32,000 nt of DNA from Acaryochloris marina MBIC11017 (GTDB lineage Bacteria > Cyanobacteriota > Cyanobacteriia > Thermosynechococcales > Thermosynechococcaceae): assembly GCF_000018105.1 (NCBI RefSeq), contig NC_009925.1:3240001-3272000 (forward strand), read 5' to 3'. Within the stretch, counting starts at the first letter, position 1. Each line of letters opens with the position of its first letter. The translations under genes were made by a program, and so were the position numbers. Positions 26,462 to 32,000 of this stretch are shown here, one piece after another. A model generated the notes under the pieces. It worked only from the letters and a program-made list of their open reading frames with translations. It did not search any database and was not told the origin of the DNA.

Positions 26462-27234
26462 TGGAGCAGGCCCGGACAATATCGTTTGATCCGGGTTAGG
26501 ACTCGGGCAGGCAGATCCGGAAAGACTTCTGGTTTGTTCTGCTGAATGCCCTGAAGGGTGGCTTGCATGATTTTATGGGGATCTGTGGTCATCCAGTGGG
26601 GCAGTTCCGATTTCCCCTGAGCGAGGGAGCCAAAGCTATCTGAGTTGAGAATCGGCGTCCGGCTAAAAAAGGGGTAGACCGTGGTGACTTTGATGTTGAA
26701 GTCTTTCACCTCGCTGCGGACCCCATCACTGTACCCCCGTAGCCCAAATTTACTGGCGGCATAGCCGGTTAACCCGGTTGGAGCAATCCAGCCAGCGACG
26801 GATGAAATATTCACGATATGGCCCTGGCGGCGGGTAATCATATCTGCTACAAACCGGTTACTCAAGCGCATGGGAGCCAAGAGATTGAGCTGCATCATTA
26901 GTTCCCAGCGTTCGGTTGGGGTCTCATCCATGCGTCCATAGAGGGCAATGCCAGCATTGTTAATCAAAATATCAACAGGATGATTGAGGGCTTGAACGTT
27001 CTGATAAAGATCCTCACACCCGTCTGCCGTGCCCAAGTTGGCCACAAAACTGGGCAGTAGTTCTCCGGGGTGGCGGTCTGGATTGAGTTTTTCGGCCTGC
27101 TGTTCCAGCAAGGCCCCATCGATATCCGTGCGGATCACTCGACTGCCTGCCTCTAACAACAGTTGAGTCAGCTCGTGGCCAAATCCCCCGGTTGCTCCGG
27201 TTAAGAGAACGACGGCATTATTTAACTCGGTCAT
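26416..27234 (-). CDS. Short-chain dehydrogenase/reductase (SDR)
   Basis: TGATGGFG cofactor motif, NNAG, S...YAASK catalytic motif. ATG at 27234 is preferred over TTG at 27261. Confidence 0.9.
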   Translation of the reverse strand: MTELNNAVVLLTGATGGFGHELTQLLLEAGSRVIRTDIDGALLEQQAEKLNPDRHPGELLPSFVANLGTADGCEDLYQNVQALNHPVDILINNAGIALYGRMDETPTERWELMMQLNLLAPMRLSNRFVADMITRRQGHIVNISSVAGWIAPTGLTGYAASKFGLRGYSDGVRSEVKDFNIKVTTVYPFFSRTPILNSDSFGSLAQGKSELPHWMTTDPHKIMQATLQGIQQNKPEVFPDLPARVLTRIKRYCPGLLQWTTNQIKRQYQKPS

Positions 27235-27350
27235 GGCTAGACCTTCGGTTACTGTGATCAAATTGTAAAAGATGTATGGATGTCAGGGACCTCTTGTCTA
27301 TTCACTTTTATGATCGGGGGGCCTACCCCTACTCACCCCTGAGGCAATGA

Positions 27351-28187
27351 ATGGACTTCCAAATCCGGCCGGCTCAACAAACAGATCTCCCTAGGATTCG
27401 GGCTTGGGCTGTACAAGAATCCTGGAATCCGGGCCGGTATGACTTGGAAGTGTATTGGCGACAAAATAGTCTGCTGGTGGGTTGGTTAGGGGATCAGCCC
27501 GTGGGCTGTATTTCTGCGGCTGCTTATGATGCAGACTTTGGGTTTTTAGGCTGTTATTTGGTCGATCATCGCCATCGAGGCCATGGCTATGGTCGATTTT
27601 TATGGGAGAAAGCGATTGCTTCACTTCCGGCTCGCTGTATTGGCCTAGAAGGGGCGGTGGCTCTGCAGGATACCTATCTCCGCCATGGATTTGTCAAATC
27701 TTGTTTGCATGTTCGCCATCAACTGCAGTCTGGTAATGGCGATCCAGTTGCGTCGTTGTTGCAGGCCATTCATGCCATACCGTTTGAGCAAGTGCTGGAC
27801 TACGATACGCGTCATTTTGTGGGGATGCGATCGCAATTCTTGCAGCATTGGCTAGGAAGCCCAGAAATGCAGGGCTGGGGATTCGTTCAGGCGGATCAGC
27901 TGCTCGGCTATGGCCTGATTCGTCCGGCAGATATGGGGTACCGGATTGGACCCCTCTTTGCCGATAGGGCTGAGGTGGCTCAGCAGCTGTTGGCCGCTCT
28001 TTTGCAGATACCGCCCCCTGATCAGCCCGTTTATATGGATGTGCCGAAAAGTAATGAACAGGCGAATCAGCTGATGAAAAACGTTCAGGCTATTCCTTTG
28101 TTTAGTAATTGCCGCATGTATAAGGGGGAGTTTCCAGAGCTACCCTTAGATGAAATTTATGGAGTGACCACTCTAGAAATGGGCTAG
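27351..28187 (+). CDS. GNAT-family N-acetyltransferase (two-domain, YitH-like)
   Basis: IRPAQQTDLPRI..., VDHRHRGHGYGRFLWEKA (acetyl-CoA binding R/Q-x-x-G-x-G/A region), plus a C-terminal second domain. Confidence 0.75.
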   Translation: MDFQIRPAQQTDLPRIRAWAVQESWNPGRYDLEVYWRQNSLLVGWLGDQPVGCISAAAYDADFGFLGCYLVDHRHRGHGYGRFLWEKAIASLPARCIGLEGAVALQDTYLRHGFVKSCLHVRHQLQSGNGDPVASLLQAIHAIPFEQVLDYDTRHFVGMRSQFLQHWLGSPEMQGWGFVQADQLLGYGLIRPADMGYRIGPLFADRAEVAQQLLAALLQIPPPDQPVYMDVPKSNEQANQLMKNVQAIPLFSNCRMYKGEFPELPLDEIYGVTTLEMG

Positions 28188-29476
28188 GGGCTTGGTGTGC
28201 GGAGGATAGTACCCGAGAGGGGATGGGCCGTAGGGGTATAAGACTTAAGGCCATATTCGGCACCGTAATCCGTGCCTAGGCCGAAATACCATTGGTTTTG
28301 GTATTGGGTGAGCGATCGCGCAAAGGTATCGGCTTCAAACCGCAGAATTTCACACCAGTGCTGAGGGTGATTGGCTTGCCTGACACGATTGATAAATCGG
28401 AGTTTGCCCGCGCCCCGCTGTCGCTCACTGGTCAAAACAAATAGGCCTTTCGGGGTTGTAATCACATCCCAAGGGACTTCCTGGGGCTTCAATTGGACGC
28501 GCTGCACCTGGGTGTTGTTGGAGGCTAGGGAGGTAGCGATAAATAAACCGGGGGGTTGAAGATGAGGATCTGCACTGTTGAGCACTCGGATGGCTTGCGA
28601 GGTATGAGAGATATACCGGGAGCCTTTGCTGATATAAGCCAGCTGGGATTGGAAAACCGCCGTTTTCCTGACCTGAGTGGCTTGCGAGTGATTGGGGAAT
28701 AGAGTGGTTCGATCTAAATCTTGCCGTTGAATCGGCTTGAGGGTTGACCCAACCTGCCAAGGACGTCCGCCGACAAAGATATACAGGGACTTTTCAAACC
28801 GGGCCATATGGGCAGGACTGGTGTTCAAGGTTTGGATATCTTGCCAGGTCTGTCCTTTATCCCTGGAGGTGATTAAATAGCCCCGGTTGTCTGACCTGCG
28901 GATCACGGACCATAATTGGTCTGCGAATTTTGCAATGGACCAGACATGCACTCCCCCGGGCAAGGTGCGAATTTTTTGCCACTCCTGCTGTTGAAGACGG
29001 TAGATATTGCCCAAGTCCCAGCTCTCTCGGGCATCAATCCCAGGGGTATATAATTCCGAGTCAATGGTCTGAAAGCTGCGAATCTCTTCTTCTGGGGCAA
29101 CGAACTTGAACTGAAACTGGTTGGCATTGGGGTCGAAAAACCACAAAGGAATTGGCCCTTGATTGGCATTGCTATCGCCATGGCCTAGATAGATTTGATT
29201 TTGAAAGGGCACCATGACCCACACATTGCGAGCATAGGGTTGAGACTTGGCATACTGGCCGGTTGTAAAAGGCGAACCCAAATTCTCTAGGCGTGAGGTG
29301 ACATCAGTGGTGGGAACCTGGGAACAGACCTGGACAGCTGAAGAAGACCCTAAAGGCCATTGCACAAACTGAGAGGCGATGGCACCTGTTCCTGCGATCA
29401 CACCGATCAGAATTAGCGCCCAGCGCCCATAGTGGGGGTGTTTAGGGAGTGAAGGTCTGAGGTTCACAAGTGACAA
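28184..29476 (-). CDS. Membrane-anchored or secreted beta-propeller protein with BNR/Asp-box motif
   Basis: TTG start. N-terminal TM or signal WALILIGVIAGTGAIASQF. Asp-box SRDKGQTW. W/Y-rich repetitive beta-strand pattern. Function unknown. Confidence 0.55.
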   Translation of the reverse strand: MSLVNLRPSLPKHPHYGRWALILIGVIAGTGAIASQFVQWPLGSSSAVQVCSQVPTTDVTSRLENLGSPFTTGQYAKSQPYARNVWVMVPFQNQIYLGHGDSNANQGPIPLWFFDPNANQFQFKFVAPEEEIRSFQTIDSELYTPGIDARESWDLGNIYRLQQQEWQKIRTLPGGVHVWSIAKFADQLWSVIRRSDNRGYLITSRDKGQTWQDIQTLNTSPAHMARFEKSLYIFVGGRPWQVGSTLKPIQRQDLDRTTLFPNHSQATQVRKTAVFQSQLAYISKGSRYISHTSQAIRVLNSADPHLQPPGLFIATSLASNNTQVQRVQLKPQEVPWDVITTPKGLFVLTSERQRGAGKLRFINRVRQANHPQHWCEILRFEADTFARSLTQYQNQWYFGLGTDYGAEYGLKSYTPTAHPLSGTILRTPSP

Positions 29477-29622
29477 GGGCTAGGGATGTAAAACGGCTTG
29501 GGTCTAGAGCACTGGGTCCAGAATATAGCGGATTTATAAGCTGGCTCAACTGGATAACAATGCATAACGTTTGGAATAGATCAGAGATTCGCAATGTTTC
29601 TTTACAAAAATTGCTTGCTTGT

Positions 29623-29640
29623 GTTACATTTATTTACATA
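29623..29640 (+). promoter_or_regulatory. HLR1 box (RpaB binding-site consensus) upstream of hli copy 1
   Basis: GTTACATT-TA-TTTACATA fits (G/T)TTACA(T/A)(T/A)-N2-(G/T)TTACA(T/A)(T/A) exactly. Further TTACA/TTACG half-sites start at 29602, 29645 and 29655, in ~10-11 nt phase. Confidence 0.8.
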
Positions 29641-29662
29641 ATCAATTACGGAGCTTACACAC

Positions 29663-29875
29663 ATGACATCTAGCGGATATACCTCTGACGATCGCGGTCG
29701 CGTTAATCGTTTTGCAGTAGAGCCTAAGACTGCTGCTAAAGCCGAACCTGTATTTGGTTTTAATAAGGATGCTGAAAGATATAGTGGCCGTCTAGCTATG
29801 ATCGGCTTCTTCGGAATTTTATTAATTGAACTGGCCACCAATCTCACCTTTGTCCAGATTGTGACCGGCGCATAG
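29663..29875 (+). CDS. hli: High-light-inducible protein (HLIP, CAB/ELIP/HLIP family), 70 aa
   Basis: Chlorophyll-binding motif ERYSGRLAMIGFFGILLIE. CGGAG SD 9 nt before the ATG. Confidence 0.9.
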   Translation: MTSSGYTSDDRGRVNRFAVEPKTAAKAEPVFGFNKDAERYSGRLAMIGFFGILLIELATNLTFVQIVTGA

Positions 29876-29898
29876 TTGCGAACACCATCATCCATGCC

Positions 29899-29931
29899 AA
29901 GCTGAGGTACTGCCTCAGCTTTTTGCTTTTT
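29899..29931 (+). terminator. Rho-independent terminator after hli copy 1
   Basis: 9-bp stem aagctgagg/cctcagctt with a 5-nt loop, then TTTGCTTTTT. Confidence 0.7.
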
Positions 29932-29957
29932 AAAGCGTCAAGGAACCAGAGATAGCC

Positions 29958-30671
29958 TTAATCACCCCGTTGGATGGCATAGCCTACGCCTCGTACAGAC
30001 AAGATCAAGTCGGGTTCTTCCGTATCTTCTTTCAGCTTGTTCCGGAGGCGCGACATATGAACATCGACGACACGGGTATCAATCTTGCCGTCAGGGCTAT
30101 AGCCCCAAACCTTTTGTAAAAATTCAACTCTAGAGATGGGTTCTCCGGGGCGGCTAACCAGCAGCTCTAGTAGATTAAATTCGAGATGAGTGAGCTGAAT
30201 GCGTTCTTTATCTTTATAGACTTGGCGTTTATTGGTATCAATTTCTAGATGGCCGACCTGAATCACTCCGGCTGATTTATGGTGAGAAGAGTGGGATTTT
30301 GTAATCCGTCGAAGAATACAGCGAATGCGTGACTCTAGTTCTTTGGGAGAAAACGGCTTGACCATATAGTCGTCTGCGCCCATTTCCAGACCCGTAATCC
30401 GATCGGCGACGTCTGAAAGAGCCGTCAACATAATGATGGGGACATCTGATTCTTGCCGTAGGGATTGGCAGACCTGATACCCGTTCAGCTTGGGCATCAT
30501 GACATCCAAAATAATCAAATCTGGTTCTTGATGCTGAAACACTTGCAGGGCTTCCTCGCCATCAGCGGCAGTGATGACAACGAACCCCATCATGGAGAGA
30601 CGAGTTTCTAGGATCCGACGAATGCTAGCTTCATCATCAGCGACTAGAATTTTTTGCTGCTGATCTTTCAA
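29958..30671 (-). CDS. rpaB: OmpR-family response regulator, RpaB (Ycf27)-like
   Basis: ILVADDEASIRRILETRLSMMGF..., PDLIILDVMMPKLNGYQVC, DVPIIMLTALSDVADRITGLEMGADDYMVKPFSPKELESRI, IDTNKRQVYK, VDTRVVDVHMSRLRNKL. These are near-identical in pattern to RpaB as I remember it. Several substitutions leave open that it is a paralogue. Confidence 0.75.
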   Translation of the reverse strand: MKDQQQKILVADDEASIRRILETRLSMMGFVVITAADGEEALQVFQHQEPDLIILDVMMPKLNGYQVCQSLRQESDVPIIMLTALSDVADRITGLEMGADDYMVKPFSPKELESRIRCILRRITKSHSSHHKSAGVIQVGHLEIDTNKRQVYKDKERIQLTHLEFNLLELLVSRPGEPISRVEFLQKVWGYSPDGKIDTRVVDVHMSRLRNKLKEDTEEPDLILSVRGVGYAIQRGD

Positions 30672-30818
30672 ACTACTTTAGTATCCAAAGACAGACAACG
30701 TTGAAGAGACTAATACTCTTTGAACCATGAATAAAAAGCCCAATAAAGTATGAATATGAAGTTTTTTTACATATTCTTAGAGGCTTCTAGAACTTGAGTT
30801 TAGCAGTTGGTAGTCGGT

Positions 30819-30998
30819 TCACTGCATTGTTGTGTCAAAGTTTGCGCTTTCGGTGACAGAGACGCCACTGGAGACAGACAACAATTGCTCTTTGATGGGC
30901 AAGGGACAGATGCAGTTCAACCCAGGATTAGGGTTGTGTGGACAACGATAGACCTGGATGTCAGTAGGCTCAAACCTTACAAGATCTTGAATATCCAT
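30819..30998 (-). CDS. Candidate 59-aa ORF upstream of and co-oriented with rpaB-like gene
   Basis: ATG...TGA reads MDIQDLVRFEPTDIQVYRCPHNPNPGLNCICPLPIKEQLLSVSSGVSVTESANFDTTMQ. It is one codon below the track cutoff. It competes with a TTG-started + strand ORF of odd composition. Confidence 0.3.
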   Translation of the reverse strand: MDIQDLVRFEPTDIQVYRCPHNPNPGLNCICPLPIKEQLLSVSSGVSVTESANFDTTMQ

Positions 30999-31034
30999 AG
31001 TTTGAACAAAAAGCCCTTAATTGTTTGACATGTC

Positions 31035-31073
31035 TTTACATTTCTGTTACATTTATTTACATAAAGTTACGAC
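31035..31073 (+). promoter_or_regulatory. Double HLR1 array (four phased half-sites) upstream of hli copy 2
   Basis: TTTACATT (31035), GTTACATT (31046), TTTACATA (31056), GTTACGAC (31066). The central 18-mer is identical to 29623-29640. Confidence 0.8.
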
Positions 31074-31101
31074 ACACATGCATTAATCGGAGTCTACTCA
31101 C

Positions 31102-31245
31102 ATGAATACATCTAATAATTTCTTTGGATTTAACCCCTTTGCTGAAGCTTGGAGCGGTCGCTTAGCTATGGTGGGTTTCTACGCCGCTATCGTGATTGAA
31201 CTGGTGACAGGCAAAGGCGTGTTGCATTTCTGGGGTTTGATGTAA
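31102..31245 (+). CDS. hli: High-light-inducible protein (HLIP), 47 aa (not in ORF track)
   Basis: [48 protein letters not shown]..(S/N)GRLAM.GF motif. CGGAG 9 nt before the ATG. Confidence 0.88.
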   Translation: MNTSNNFFGFNPFAEAWSGRLAMVGFYAAIVIELVTGKGVLHFWGLM

Positions 31246-31512
31246 GCACTCAGGTTGATGGGCCAATCATATCTAGCTCAACCTGAAAGAGATGAAATAG
31301 CCCTCATGCCTTGCCTGCACTGCATTGATAGAGGCTAAAAATCACTATCTTGCAGTGCTCTGGAGCCTACACCAGCTGACTTAGTGCAGCCCCAAAAAGT
31401 TCAATCCTTCTCTGTTAGTAGCCAGCCAAACTGCAAAAATGCCTTTAATCCTCGCCAGATAAAGGCTTGCCGTTGGTAAAGCCCAGCAGCTTAATTCTCA
31501 TTATCAAACTGA

Positions 31513-31541
31513 CCTCAGCTACATAGCTGGGGTTTTCTTTT
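31513..31541 (+). terminator. Terminator-like hairpin in the hli2-hli3 spacer
   Basis: cctcagct-acat-agctgggg (8 bp with one G-U) followed by TTTTCTTTT. It lies ~270 nt downstream of the hli2 stop. Confidence 0.5.
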
Positions 31542-31647
31542 GGGGGTATGTAACAACATGTCTCCTCAATATGAGAAGTCCAAACCCTTGTGAAATCCTC
31601 ATTTCGAGCATATGAAGGAAGCGATGTTTTCATATTCTTGACAAAAC

Positions 31648-31677
31648 GTTACACATTAAGTTACATTTATTTACATA
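31648..31677 (+). promoter_or_regulatory. HLR1 box plus extra half-site upstream of hli copy 3
   Basis: GTTACACA (31648) and GTTACATT-TA-TTTACATA (31660-31677). This 18-mer is identical to the other two loci. Confidence 0.8.
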
Positions 31678-31709
31678 AGATTCATTTCTCGTTTACGGAG
31701 TCCAACGCT

Positions 31710-31862
31710 ATGAGTACACAAAATCCAATCTGGGGTTTCACCGACTTTGCAGAAACCTTTGGTGGTCGCTTGGCCATGATGGGATTCTTTCTTGCCCTGG
31801 TGACTGAAGTGCTGACCGGTCAAGGAATTGTCGGTCAGATTGCCGCCTTACTAAACTTCTAA
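31710..31862 (+). CDS. hli: High-light-inducible protein (HLIP), 50 aa
   Basis: Internal ATG of the 31590..31862 ORF gives MSTQNPIWGFTDFAETFGGRLAMMGFFLALVTEVLTGQGIVGQIAALLNF. CGGAG 9 nt before the ATG. Confidence 0.88.
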   Translation: MSTQNPIWGFTDFAETFGGRLAMMGFFLALVTEVLTGQGIVGQIAALLNF

Positions 31863-31911
31863 ACCAGTGTTTTGGGTTTAGAACGACTCTAGTTCATCTT
31901 TAATATTTTTT

Positions 31912-31940
31912 CCCCGGCATGTGCCGGGGAGTTTTATTTA
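31912..31940 (+). terminator. Rho-independent terminator after hli copy 3
   Basis: GC stem ccccggc/gccgggg with loop atgt, followed by a T-rich tract (agttttattta). Confidence 0.7.
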
Positions 31941-32000
31941 TCAGTTATCTGTGTTTACCCAAACATTGCCATTATGAAAAATTCATTTGTTAGTAAAGAT

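Noticed and set aside
30766-30773. Single TTTACATA half-site upstream of the rpaB-like gene as evidence for autoregulation
   Set aside because: There is only one half-site, with no second TTACA repeat 10-11 nt away on either strand. An octamer this AT-rich is expected by chance in an AT-rich spacer.
30807-31028. 73-aa + strand ORF (TTG start) between rpaB and hli2, and the 62-aa minus-strand ORF 31445..31633
   Set aside because: They have non-ATG or weak starts, no SD, and odd composition (Cys/Val/Asp runs). The first mirrors a more plausible minus-strand frame. The second overlaps the hli3 promoter/HLR1 region and contains the terminator-like hairpin.

Overview
This is cyanobacterial chromosomal DNA. 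Supporting marks are ten copies of the HIP1 octamer GCGATCGC, three HLIP genes with HLR1 boxes, an RpaB-like regulator, Uma2 nuclease genes, and a groES-less groEL behind a CIRCE operator. Left to right the window holds: the 3' part of an mrp cation/proton antiporter operon (D-E-F-G-A'-B, every junction overlapping); a Uma2 gene; an intact IS4-family element with 18-bp IRs and a 10-bp target duplication; nirD-nirB (NAD(P)H-type nitrite reductase); a 3' remnant of a second Uma2 gene; a membrane Ser/Thr kinase; two small secreted or membrane proteins; groEL; a DUF4278 gene and small ORFs; and a serine-protease-TPR / CsgG-like pair. The accessory block lies at about 18.3-23.2 kb. It starts with a 2162-bp ISL3 derivative bounded by perfect 24-bp IRs, whose decayed transposase is fused in frame to an LRR-like segment. 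Directly next to it is a strongly AT-rich single gene for a NACHT/STAND-type P-loop NTPase. In that protein the usual C-terminal sensor position is occupied by six glycine-zipper transmembrane helices. This gene is my best candidate for an undescribed conflict/defence module. Downstream follow an orphan SbcD/Mre11-like nuclease, an SDR-FMO-DCC operon, a GNAT gene, a BNR-propeller protein, and a compact hli-rpaB-hli-hli cluster in which all three hli genes carry the same 18-nt HLR1 box. I saw no rRNA, tRNA or CRISPR array. All family assignments come from motif recognition by eye and need database confirmation.
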